Assembly: GCA_028534125.1 (NCBI GenBank)
Contig: CM052817.1
Span: 11,968,001-12,032,000, forward strand
Length of the DNA stretch: 64,000 bases
Direction: 5' to 3'
Source of the DNA: Lama glama
Taxonomy: Eukaryota
The notes under the pieces are model-generated. The model had not been told where the DNA came from. It did not search any database and worked only from the letters and a program-made list of their open reading frames with translations. Of this stretch, positions 24,591 to 36,242 are shown one piece after another. The number at the start of each line of letters is the position of its first letter. Positions within the stretch are counted from its first letter, which is position 1. A program made the position numbers and the translations under genes.

Positions 24591-25762
24591 ATCATTCAGA
24601 AGATCGAAGGATATGACTTGTCACTCCAAGCGTGCAATCCCTACACAAGCCACAGTGTGCTAAACCGTGGTCTTGCTCTCTGGTCCAACTTCTTAAATCC
24701 TACTCATCTTTAAGGGCCACGAGCAGGTATCTCTTTCTTTGGGAAGACTTCACCACAATCACAGAGTTGTTATAATACACAGTCTTTACCTGTATTCACA
24801 ATCGAATTTCTGCCAGTTTTTAAGCACCATGATCATGAACTTCCCTTTACAGAATTGGTCCCTGCCTTTTACCACTCTCTGAGCACTCTTTGTAGTGTAG
24901 TATTATGTAGCACATAGTTCTCAGCAGAAAATACTTTACTGAGGTGTGATTCTATCGGTGTTAAAACACTGTGTCTTCCTACCTTGTCACAGTGATCACT
25001 TGCCATCAACGTCCTCACATTCTCTGTTTTTGCTGGTCTATAAAGGATATCAGGATACAACCGATGAGGTTTAAATGTTCTCTACATATATCCAGGATTG
25101 TTGTCAATAATGCATCTTTATCAATTTAATCCTAAGAGGGTTCACTCCCTACAATGAAGTTCCATAACATGTCTACTCCTTATTTTGCTCAACTTTTAGG
25201 CTCTGCTGTCTAAAATCAATAGTTTTGCTTTCTCAGGCTCACTGACATTTGGGAAATAATTCTACAACTTCATTGTTGTTAAGTTGAGCCATAAAATTTA
25301 CATTTTTGATGTAGGTCAAATGGTTCAATATTAAAAATTTCATGTGAATCAACCTAAGGCTATGGCTATCATCATCATTATATAGTGATTGTACTTTGAT
25401 TAGAGTTAAGATGCAAATGAATTCCTGCTGTAGAGCAGAAATATTGATGTCATGATTTTTATTGTGTATTGCAATTAAGTATCTATCTCTTTTCAGCTCT
25501 ATGCAACAACTTAATCACTGTTTAATCATTTCACATTCAGTAATATATAGATACTTTACATATGGACAGGTAGTCAGTTTATTAATTCAACAGTAATTAT
25601 ATGATATCTACAACACACTTTCATGTTTCAATGCCAAGCTAAACAAAGAAAGGTCATGTGTTCTTGGAAGCACATAATGGGTTGAAAAATATGGGGAAGA
25701 AGTGAGAAAGGAGTAAATTCTAGGTAAACATAATTAGACTAAATCATTCTAGAAGACTAAAG

Positions 25763-26741
25763 GTAGATTTAATAGGTTACATAAATGGCTCCAGTTTTCC
25801 ACTTAACCCTGTATCTACATCATTTGTGAAGTAATTTTGCAGCTTCAGCCATCAACAAGTGAGATTGCTCACCCCTTGATTTTGGGCTGGACTTGCAACT
25901 TGCTTTGGTCAACAGCAGACAGCAGAAGTGGTGTGTGTCAGGTTTGGACCTAGGCTCTGGGGAACCTTTCCCACATCAACTTGCTTTTGATGGGGTTCAG
26001 GACATGCTACCCCAAATTACGGTACCTTGGCATGTTGAATATTTTAAGCTGAAGAAGTCTGAGGAAACAGCAGAAGCAGGAAGTTCACTCTGACCCCCTC
26101 CTCCTTCACCCTTCTTACCTGAAACAGATTATAAAACCCTCACATGAGAGGTGCACTTCCTACACCCAGAGGAAAAGAGCATCCTTATCTCTGAAGACAA
26201 AGGGATGCCAAGAAGAATCCTCACAAACAGATCTTGCTAAATTTCCCTCAGTTTAGTACAACTGCCTCATACTCTTAACCTATCATATACTTCCACAGTG
26301 ATCCACTCTACACCAAACCGAGCTGAAAATACAGCTCTGTTTCTGTGGGTCATCATTTCCCTACAGAGGCTCCCTTGTCTCATAAAACTTATACTAAGCA
26401 ATTCTGTATGCTGCTCTCCTGTTAATCTGTCTTTGTTGGTTTCATTTTCAGACTCAAAGAGGGACCCTTAGTGGGTTAAGGAAAACTTTTTCCTTCTCTA
26501 CAACTTCACAGAATCTTGCTCAGTTTCCCTTCCAACAGCCCAGCTTGACCTGCTGGATGGGAGTGTAACTGAGCGACCCCTGACCACCCAGCCGCTGTCT
26601 CACCTGGCAGCCGGCTGCAGACACAAGGAGGCTTGAAGTCCCCCAGCTGAGCCCTGCCCAGACTGCTGAGCCACAGGTCATGAGCCTGATGAGCCCTCAA
26701 GCTTTGGGGGTGATTTGTTAAACAGAAAATGATCACTGATA
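25763..26741 (+). mobile_element. MaLR LTR (MLT1F/G/H-like), split by a MER34-type LTR
   Basis: ttttgcagct..ccatcaa...ttgggctggacttgcaacttgctttgg (5'); cccagctgagccc...ttgggggtgatttgttaaacag (3'). Confidence 0.8.
25988..26502 (+). mobile_element. ERV1 solo LTR, MER34A-like
   Basis: Starts tgatggggttcaggacatgctaccccaaa..ggtaccttggcatgttgaatattttaagctgaag; ends ttttccttctctaca. Confidence 0.88.
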
Positions 26742-27291
26742 TGCAGCTTTCAGAGAGGAAGTTAGAGCTTAGCTAGTTCTTAAAATGAAATGAGAGACTA
26801 CCAGATGAAGAAGAAGGAATAGGAAATTGGAGGCAGGGCAAATATTGACAAACAGGCTTAGATTCATGAAAAGGCTTCTTTTATTCTAAGAAAGTGAGAC
26901 ATCCAGTAAGTCAGGATCATACTAATTATATGTTGTAGACCATAGAATGTGTGTGTGTGCATGCAGGTGTAAGCATGGTTATGCATGTCTGGGAAATTGG
27001 GAGGGTATGATGCAAAATGCATCTGGGAATCTAGGACCAAAAAAGCCTTACAGACCAAGCTTATGAAATGATTTTCATCTCATGTGTTTTTCCTGCTGAT
27101 CTGTAAACTCTTTGATTTGGGGGAAAAGAATTGGAGCATAAAAAGGGAGAGCAACTAGTGACTGAGAGATCGCCACACGCCGGATGCCTTGCTGGGTGCC
27201 TTGTACACCCATCATCAACTCTGAGAGGATTCCTATCACTTTTAGGGATATTGGGCTAATTTGTGGAAAGAGAAACAGTCCTAGAGGGAGG

Positions 27292-27418
27292 CAGAGAGAC
27301 CATACCCCCTGGTTTGTCAGACAGTCCTGACTTAACACCTGTTGTCTCAGCTGACGACACCATATATTTCACTGTCAAAAAGTCTGCCTTTGGATGACAA
27401 GTTATTTTGTTGATCCTA
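27292..27418 (-). mobile_element. MER94 (hAT-Blackjack), inside a decayed MIR
   Basis: gaccataccccctggtttgtcagacagtcctg...cctgttgtc...tttcactgtcaaaa...tttggatgacaagttat...ccta. Confidence 0.75.
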
Positions 27419-28684
27419 CTTAGAAGTCATATAAATGGTCTGATTTTGCACAGTTTAATAAGTGATGGACCTGAGGTTTGAACCTGCAAGGCATATTAAT
27501 ATTAATTATTATATTAAAATGATAATACATCTCAGAATGTTTGGCACATGTAGGTACATTAAATATTTGCTCAACATTTTGTTTTTATAAGAACTTGGGC
27601 ATGAACATTTTTATCTTGTGAATGCATCTCTGGCATAATAATTTGAGTTGAGAGAAAACTTGCCTCAATTTATAGAAAATCAAATGGTCATAAGAATATA
27701 TCTCTTATGCAAATTCAGATTCACCTATATTGACAAAAAGAAGAGACTTTTAAAAATGATAGTTTATGGAACATGAAAAATGTATACAGATGTGTGTATG
27801 GTGTATGTGAAGGGGCAGAAAGTTCAACCATTTTCAATCATCTCCTGACCACACTTGAAGACTAATGTTAAATCAGTAGGTTTGGCATTGGCTTTGTTCT
27901 TAAGTGAGTATTGCATCTGCCTTTTTCTGCCAACCACCGTAATTACGAAGTATATACATTGTAAGCCAATCAAAGCAAAATTCTGACTCAGAAGATTCAG
28001 TGAGGTGTCATGGTACCTGATTTAAGTTTTGAAAATAGCCCATGTCCATTTTCCCCTGTTGGGTCCCACGTGTACATCTCAGCAAACTTGAGGTTAATTG
28101 CTTTGTTCTAGAGTAGGTCAAGTGTGCTGTCACTCATTTCTGATTATATTTTTCCTGAAGCTTTTCCGTATCCAAACTTGTCTTGCTCTATCACACACCA
28201 CTGATGTTGTACATGATCAGCAAATTAACACACTGCCCAGACAATTTCCTGTGGTTATTAGGCAGTCTGATCAGAAGCTGTTCTAAGCTTCAGCACAGAT
28301 GAGTAAGTCTAACTTGAAAACTCTTTTTTAAAAAATAGTTGAAGCAAAGCTTTTAGCTGTATAGTGTAGAATATAATGTTCCCTTTATAGAGAGGACACA
28401 TTGGACATGGCATAGGTGTATTTACATGAAGGATTATAGTTCTGGGAGCCGTGACCTTTAACTGCATGGATTTTAAAGAATCTGTACAGAGAAGGGCTTC
28501 GGCATTGGAATTAACTATTCACTGATCATCTGCCTGGCTGTCACTGCAGATGTAAGAGTCAGAAATAATTCTCATCCATATGCTAGTGAGGGCAGCACCA
28601 AATCAGACCGCCCCGAGTTCAAATCTTACATTCCAAACTTATCAAGGACAATTTAATTGACTTGTTTTTGAAGACTAAATTTTA

Positions 28685-30110
28685 ATTTTTCAGATTATGA
28701 AACCTTTAGACTTTGAAAATTTTACAAAATTCAGAAAAGAGTACAGGAAAAAAATCACCATACAGACTTGGCAACTGTTAAAATGTTAGTTATTTCCTTG
28801 AAATCTTTTTAAACTCTCTTTATACATCTACGTATAATTATATCATACTTGTGTCTACATTAGATCTGTATAATTAGTACCTTGCTTTTTTACCCCATAA
28901 CATTAACAAAATGTGTGAAACTTCTAAGCTATTGATGTTCTTTGAAAACATTTTATTGGCCTCACGCTTTTCAAAGTTACGGATGTGCCACTGTTTATTT
29001 AACCCTTTTCCTGTTTATGGACATTTAGATTATCTCCGGTCTTTATGATTATTAACTCTTTGAGGAGTATCTTAATACATTTGTATTTGTATCTCTGATT
29101 CTTCCTTCTATTTAGGACATAGAACTGCTATTACTGGTTTCAAAGTTATGAACTTAAATGACTGTTTTTATGTTTATATAGTAATACCTATTCATAATTT
29201 TTTATAAAGTTCAATAGTTCTGATGATTTTATGATTAAAATTGTACTAGATTTTTTTAAGCCAAAAATGAACCTGGCTTTCTCCTTCTTAAGGGAAATAA
29301 CTTTCAAAAGCTTTTGTTGCTTCTTATAGTATTTAACATCTTATCACCTAATTACTTGCCTATATTGTTATATCATAATTGTTATATCATAAGGTTAGAC
29401 ATCAGTTATCATCTTTCTGATATGAAGATGAACATTTCTTTCTCTTAAATCTCTTAAGTCTCTTTCTCCTCACCATTTCCTCAAACACTTCTCTTCCCTC
29501 ATTCACCCAATATAATTACAGCAAATTGGTTGCATCGATATTCAATGTTCATGGCATTATGATTGTGTAACTATTATTCACAGCTGGGTCAAAGTGTATA
29601 TGTTAGTACTTATTTCTAGGAAAGCTTTGAATTTTTCCTGAAGCTCAGGATTGCCGTTTTTTAAACTGATGAATTTTCTATGTACGAATAACCAATTCAT
29701 CCCAACATTCTTTAAGAAAACTATAAAATAAACAGATAGTCAAATATAATAAGCAAATATATAAGGAAGTACATAGCTTCTATTTTTTATATAGTATACC
29801 TTCTCAGACCACCTGTGTAAAAATAGGACACGATTTCTCAAGGTGATGCCAACCTGGCAAACATTAATCTATTCTCTTTCTTCACAATTTTATCATTTCA
29901 AGAATGATATACAAAGAGAATCATACAGTATATAACCTGAGATTTTTTTTTTCAGTCATCATAATTCCATTGAGCTCTGTCTAAGTTGTATGGATCAATA
30001 CTTTGTTCCTTTTTATTACTGAGTAGTGTTCCATGTATGCTCTGTTTAACCATTTACCCATTGAAGGACATCTGGATGGTTTCCAGTTTTTGGTTGCATG
30101 AACAGTGATT
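28685..30110 (-). mobile_element. Old L1ME/L1MC fragments
   Basis: ggatgtgccactgtttatttaaccc...tggacatttagatt; tttgttcctttttattactgagtagtgttccat..aaccatttacccattgaaggacatctgg. Confidence 0.75.
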
Positions 30111-31408
30111 TTTCCACAAAAGTTGTCTTAATTTTTATCTCCCAAAACAGTATCATAGTTAAATATATGTCTGCTCCCTCACTTTCGAGTAAGATTTTGT
30201 AACCAACCAATGTCTGTATCCCAGAACTTTATATCGTTCTACCACATAATAAATACTCAGAATAAATTCAGTTTCCAAGGCAGAAGAGTGAGTGATTACT
30301 CCAGATTTCACTGTGTTTGAGGACTCTGTCATGGTTTCACAGAATAAAAGGAACTTACATTGTCCTTTGAAGAGTTTAATATGATATGGTCAAGAGACAT
30401 GCAAGATGGGGAAATTGTCCCATGGCTTAATTAAAGGTATCTTGCAAGGAAAGTGTGTTAAAAATTACTGGATGGATCAATTTGGATAAAGAGTAGAGTG
30501 CATGTACATGAGTCAAGGGAAATGGGATGAAAAGATAGACTGAGAGGACATTGAACATGGCCTTGGAGGTCTAGCTAAAGATTTTGACATTTTTCTCATA
30601 GGCTTTCAAAAGCCCTGTCTGGTTCACTTTGGGGAAATGAAAGGTGAAAGCTGAATTTTAGGAAGTAATTTGGTGACATTTGCTGCAAGACTGGTTATTA
30701 ATTTTCAAATGATATGTATATCTTTGCCTGTGACTGGAGAAATCTCAAGTCCTGTATTGTTTTTGGACAAGCAGTCACCACAGCAGGAGTCAGAACCTAT
30801 GAATGGTTTCTATTACCAGTTAGAAGCAGGGCCCACGAAGGGCAGGTGCTCTGAAGGCAGTCACCAGACTCCTGAGCAAGCAGAGAAGAGTAGAGACTGG
30901 AAGTGTTAGGTCCCTAAATTGGAGCCTTTTTTTTTTTTTTTTTTGCCCTACTGGCTGTCCTGGATGTTAAAGCCTCATAATTACAGTAATATATTGCAGC
31001 CCCCATGACTTTCGCTCCTTCCATGTAATTTCCACATAATATATCTTTTAATGCTCACTGCAAGCTTGCATGGAAGGTATTTTTATTCTCATTCTAGAGA
31101 CTAAGTACCTTGATTCTAGAGATACGTCTTGTGGGGCTACAAATAGGTCAAGAGACTACTACCTGTCACAGGAAAAGTAGGAGAGAAATGAGAGAATTTG
31201 GAGGATATTTAAAAGTCAAACTAGAGGATTTTGGTGCCATCACTAAATTAAAAGGGCAGTAATGAAGTGATGCAAACAAGAAGTTTAAGTGTGCAGAGCG
31301 GGAAGGAATTTGGAGTGAAAAGGAAACAGATGACCCAGAGAGAGCCCTGAATCAGGACCTCTGACAGCACTGTGGTGATGATGGTTATCTGCCTTATCGA
31401 CCCCCTCA

Positions 31409-31814
31409 TGTATGAGTAGAGTAGATTAATTTAAAGAACAGGATGTATCCCTATCTGTATCACAAGAAATAGATACTTACCTTAAGGAACTGGCTCACAC
31501 GATTGTAAGTGTTTGCAAGTATGAAATCCGCAGGGTAAGCCAGGAGACTGAAGGTCCAGAGAAGAGTTGATGTTATGATCCTAGGTCTGAATTCCTTCTT
31601 TCTTGGAAGACCGCAGCCTTTTTTCTCTTAAGACTTTCATCTGATTGAATGAGACCCACCCTCATTATAGAGGGTAATCTGCTTTACTCAAAGTCTGCTG
31701 ATTTAAATGTTAATCATATCCTAAAAATACCTTCACAGCAACATCTAGACTGGTGTTTGACCAAATATCTGGGTGCCATGACCTACACAAATTGACACAA
31801 AATTAACCATCACA
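31409..31814 (-). mobile_element. ERVL solo LTR, MLT2C/D-like
   Basis: aaggaactggctcacacgattgt...ctgattgaatgagacccacc...ttgacacaaaattaaccatcaca; ccctc flanks both ends (31403-07, 31815-19). Confidence 0.9.
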
Positions 31815-32484
31815 CCCTCTAAGCTTCAAAGTCACCTCTGGTTGCTCTCCAAAGGGAGAATGAAATTGTTCCTACCGCGTGTTGGCCAGGACGCCTGCTG
31901 CTCTTCCGTTTCTACCACTCCATCCGGACTTTCCCAGAGCCTCAGATGGGGGCTCAGAATAGTGGCAGGAAGGCTCCTTCCCAAGGCTGCACATGGAGAC
32001 TTCTGGCAATGAGCTGTAGACAGCCACTCCCCTAAACTTTCAGCCACTTCACTGACAGGGAGGATAGACCCCTTGCGGAGAATCACAGCTCCATCCAGAA
32101 CTGAGAGCACATTCTCCTGCCTAGGACGGATGAGGGTTCTTGGAAGGATAAGTGAAATATAGACCCAACTCTGCCTCTCCCATTGAAGAAGTCGGCATAG
32201 AAGGACTGACACTGGCAGGAGCCCTGCCAGACCTCGTCAATCATTTAAATTTCTATAATGAGATCTCCACGGGATAGACCTCTTAAGTCTACTATGGACA
32301 TGCAGAAACCCACCAAGATGATCTATGTGCTGGTAAAAAACGGACCAAAATGCATCAATGAGAGGTTTCTCTGGAGACTGGAAAAATCCGTTTCCTTCCT
32401 GTGCCAGGGAAGAAAGAATGACCCTATTTTCAAATGCTTGATGCTATGGAAATGGTGTCAGGTTCAGATGTGAGTTAGCAAACT

Positions 32485-32682
32485 AGATATCAGACACCGC
32501 CCATGGCCTGTTCCTAGTCAGCCAAGGAAGGGTCTTACAAGTGAAATGGATGAAGAAAAAAAAGAAAGAGAAGTGGAAGAGGAGACAGAGAGGGAGAAGA
32601 CCAAGAAACAGAGATGCTATGTGACCTGCAAAGCTTAAGGTGTTTATTATCTGGCTCTTTACACAAAAGTTTGCCAAGCCTA
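32485..32682 (-). mobile_element. MER58B/C-like hAT MITE
   Basis: atgtgacctgcaaagcttaaggtgtttattatctggctctttacacaaaagtttgcc. Confidence 0.75.
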
Positions 32683-32889
32683 GATCTCGAAGAGGACACA
32701 CAAGCACTGGAATTCAAATTCAGCTTGTTCCAAGATGAAGTGCTGCCCACTGGCACTTCTACGGTGATTATTTTGCTTTTTGAGCCGGATGGCCTCACCT
32801 GCGCACACTGCACACCAACTTTCCCTGATGGGAAGTCTTACAGGAAGAAACGTGTAACTTTTCAGTCCAGGATTTTAGAGACAGCAGCG

Positions 32890-33140
32890 CAACAGTGGGC
32901 ATACTGTAAAGATTCTGTTCATATGAAATTCCAAAATAAGTAAAACAAATCCATGGTGTGAGAGGGGGCTGCCGTCCTTGGGAGGGGAGTTGCTGGATCT
33001 CCTTCTCTGGCGGGGGTGTGGAGTAAAGTGACTGTTTATTTCTTGATCTGGGTGCTCCTTACATGTTTGTTCATGAAAATCCATGAAAATTCATATTCCC
33101 TTAGGAATATTGTTTTCTAAACATAAATGATACTATATTA
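32890..33140 (+). mobile_element. Old L1ME 3' UTR fragment
   Basis: catactgtaaagattctgttcatatgaaattccaaaa..gtaaaacaaatccatggtg...tttcttgatctgggtgct. Confidence 0.75.
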
Positions 33141-33499
33141 AAAAATTCAAAAAGTGCATCTAACCCCCCCCACCTTTGACAAGCTACTTAAAAAATAAAT
33201 ATTTTGCAGGGATTTGTCCTCTGCACAAAAGGGGACATGACCTGGCTTTGTCTTCCTCCAAGAAGTCATGCTGTAGATTTTCCAAGCCAAACCCTTTTCC
33301 TAATGACTCGTAGCCCAGTGCCCTCCCCACTTTACACCGTCTTCCTCATCTTCTAGACCAGAACAGAACAGGTCAACACCTTCTGGATGGCTGGCTACCA
33401 GAAGTGGGTTTAAATTCTTCTTTGCCCTTATATAGTCACAGTAGGGACAAGACTTCCTAAAGATCTGGCCCTGCCCACTGCCCCTTCATGTCTGGCTGT

Positions 33500-33823
33500 G
33501 TCCGCCGAGGTAGACTGAAATGTTTACGAGTTTATTTGAGCAAAAATCGATTGGAATCAAGCAGTGTCAAGCTGGATGGTTAGGAGTATTCCACGGACAG
33601 AAGCTCAGGAGAGACTTTTATAGAGAAAAGCAGAGGCAGAGCAAGAAAATTATTGATCGGTTTTAGGTTAAAGCCTAGATGGCTGTTTGTGATTGGTTGT
33701 CCTTAGCGTTTTGATTTCATAACCTGGAGGAATTGACAGGCTTAGATTCTGGCTTATCACTTAGGCTGCCATGGCATTAGAGCTCCCTCAGTGTAATGGC
33801 CTCTTGATGTAATTAGTTTAATG
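33500..33823 (-). mobile_element. ERV1 LTR, MER93-like, inserted in an L2
   Basis: Minus strand gaggccattacactgagggagctctaatgcc...caaccaatcacaaacagcc...tctctataaaag...gctcaaataaac. Confidence 0.7.
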
Positions 33824-33824
33824 C

Positions 33825-34309
33825 CACCTCTAAACACATACTCTGATCACAGTGAACCTTTCCTCTTCCTGGTCACATCAAGATGCTTCACTGTTCTGAC
33901 CTTCATCCCTGCTATTCCTCCTCCCCAAAATGCCTTCTGCCTAATCACCAACTTGGGAAACTTCTGCTGATCCTTCCTCTACAGATCAAGTGTTTCCCTC
34001 TGTGAAACCTTCCAGACCTACATCCTTACAGAGCTAACCAGTGTCTACTGTGCATTAATACATGGTTCCATCAGTGCACCCAGGACATATGTGATAATTT
34101 TTCTGTATGTTTGCCTCTACTGGTACTCAAGAGCTCTTGAATGAAAAAGAATATATATATGTATGTGTATAACTGAAACATTATGCTGTACACAAGAAAT
34201 TGACACAACACTGTAGCTGACTGTAATTCAATTAAAAGAGAAAAAGAACTCTTGAAAAGAGAGATGTGCCATTTATTATAGTGTCTCCATGCTTGACACC
34301 TAGTAGGGA
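33825..34309 (+). mobile_element. L2 3' portion
   Basis: cctgctattcctcctccccaaaatgccttc...tctgtgaaaccttcc...tgtttgcctctac...gagctcttga...cctagtagg. Confidence 0.75.
34142..34243 (+). mobile_element. Severely 5'-truncated young L1 3' tail with TSD
   Basis: tgaaaaagaatatatatatgtatgtgtataactgaaacattatgctgtacac..gaaattgacacaaca; TSD aagagctcttgaa (34129-41) / aagaactcttgaa (34244-56). Confidence 0.85.
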
Positions 34310-34809
34310 NNNNNNNNNNNNNNNNNNNNNNNNNNNNNNNNNNNNNNNNNNNNNNNNNNNNNNNNNNNNNNNNNNNNNNNNNNNNNNNNNNNNNNNNNNN
34401 NNNNNNNNNNNNNNNNNNNNNNNNNNNNNNNNNNNNNNNNNNNNNNNNNNNNNNNNNNNNNNNNNNNNNNNNNNNNNNNNNNNNNNNNNNNNNNNNNNNN
34501 NNNNNNNNNNNNNNNNNNNNNNNNNNNNNNNNNNNNNNNNNNNNNNNNNNNNNNNNNNNNNNNNNNNNNNNNNNNNNNNNNNNNNNNNNNNNNNNNNNNN
34601 NNNNNNNNNNNNNNNNNNNNNNNNNNNNNNNNNNNNNNNNNNNNNNNNNNNNNNNNNNNNNNNNNNNNNNNNNNNNNNNNNNNNNNNNNNNNNNNNNNNN
34701 NNNNNNNNNNNNNNNNNNNNNNNNNNNNNNNNNNNNNNNNNNNNNNNNNNNNNNNNNNNNNNNNNNNNNNNNNNNNNNNNNNNNNNNNNNNNNNNNNNNN
34801 NNNNNNNNN
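34310..34809. other. Assembly gap (500 N)
   Basis: Run of n. Confidence 1.
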
Positions 34810-35678
34810 TTTTTCTTTCTCTTTCTGGCTTACTTCACTTAGAGTGACATTCTCCAGGAACATCCATGTTGCTGCAAATGGCGTTATGTTGTCATTTTTA
34901 TGGCTGGGTAGTATTCCATTGTATAAATATACCACATCTTCTTTATCCAGTCATCTGTCGATGGACATTTAGGCTGTTTCCATGTCTTGGCTATTGTAAA
35001 TAGTGCTGCTATGAACATTGGGGTGCAGGTGTCTTTTTGAAGTAGGGTTCCTTCTGGATATATGCCCAGGAGCGGCATTCCTGGGTCCTGTGGTAAGTCT
35101 ATTCCTAGTCTTTTGAGGGGTCTCCATACTGTTTTCCACAGTGGCTGCACCAAACTGCATTCCCGCCAGCAGTGTAGGAGGGTTCCCTTTTCTGCATGAT
35201 CTCTCCGGCATTTGTCATTTGTGGACTTTTGAATGATGGCCATTCAGACTGGTGTGAGGTGATACCTCATTGTAGTTTTGATTTGCATTTCTCTGATAAT
35301 GATATTGAGCATTTTTTCATGTGCCTATTGATCATTTGTATGTCTTCCTTGGAGAATTGCTTGTTTAGGTCTTCTGCCTATTTTTGGATTGGGTTGTTTA
35401 TTTTTTTCTTATTGAGTCGTATGAGCTGCTTATATATTCTGGAGATCAAGCCTTTCTCGGTTTCATCATTTGCAAAAATTTTCTCCTATTCCGTAGGTTC
35501 TCATTTTGTTTTGCTTGTGGTTTCCTTTGCTGTGCAGAAGGTTGTGAGTTTAATTAGGTCCTATTTGTTTATTCTTGCTTTTATTTCTCTCACTTGGGTA
35601 GACTGCCCTAGGAGAGCATTTTTGAGATGTATGTGAGATAATGCTTTGCCTATGTTTTCTTCTAGGAGGTTTATTGTA
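34810..35678 (-). mobile_element. Young 5'-truncated L1, ORF2 C-terminal (Cys-rich) region, pseudogenised
   Basis: Translation [17 protein letters not shown]...DTCTPMFIAALFTIAKTWKQPKCPSTDDWIKKMWYIYTMEYY; upstream part has several in-frame stops; frameshift near 34895. Confidence 0.97.
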
Positions 35679-36223
35679 GTACTATGATTTTTAAAAAACT
35701 AATTTAGGAAGCTCAAAAAAAGTTAGACTTAGTGAAGTATAAAAATGAGTCATAATATTATCTAACTCTGGATTATTTTTTTCTTGAGAGAAAACCAGAA
35801 CCAAACATAAAACAAACAAACAAAAAAACTTTTCATGAGCTATTGAAATTTTACCTATAAGCAAAAGAATAATTAACTAGAAAATACTGAATTTGTTTTA
35901 TAGATTAAATGTGAATTTTTAAAAGTATATTCACTGATAAATAACAATACAAATTGCAAAAATTTTAGAATGAAATCGAATTAATTGTGTGCCTGCTGAG
36001 TAATAAAATATTGTATTTGAGAGAGAGGCCAATTATTTTGTACTATTTAAAACACTACCATTAGCTAATGGTGAGGCTTTAGGAAGGATCCTTCAATTCA
36101 CCTGCTTCAATTTACCAATCTCAAAATTGGTTCCAAAAAGCTACAATTCTAAAACAAATCAAGATTTAACATTACGTATTTCTGTAATTTGTCAAAAAAT
36201 GGTCTAAGGCGTGATACCAAAAA

Positions 36224-36242
36224 GTCCCACTAGATGGCAGGC
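36224..36242 (+). promoter_or_regulatory. Candidate CTCF site
   Basis: CCACTAGATGGCAG (36227-36240) matches the CCASYAGRKGGCRS core; gtgatacc a few nt upstream resembles the upstream module. Confidence 0.55.

Noticed and set aside
29364..29391. 14-bp tandem duplication attgttatatcata x2
   Set aside because: Ordinary slippage inside an old L1 fragment.
33585..33605. REST/NRSF site (ccacggacag)
   Set aside because: Only the right half-site matches, and it lies inside an LTR.
34266..34935. 193-aa and 211-aa ORFs
   Set aside because: Artefacts of translating through the 500-N gap.
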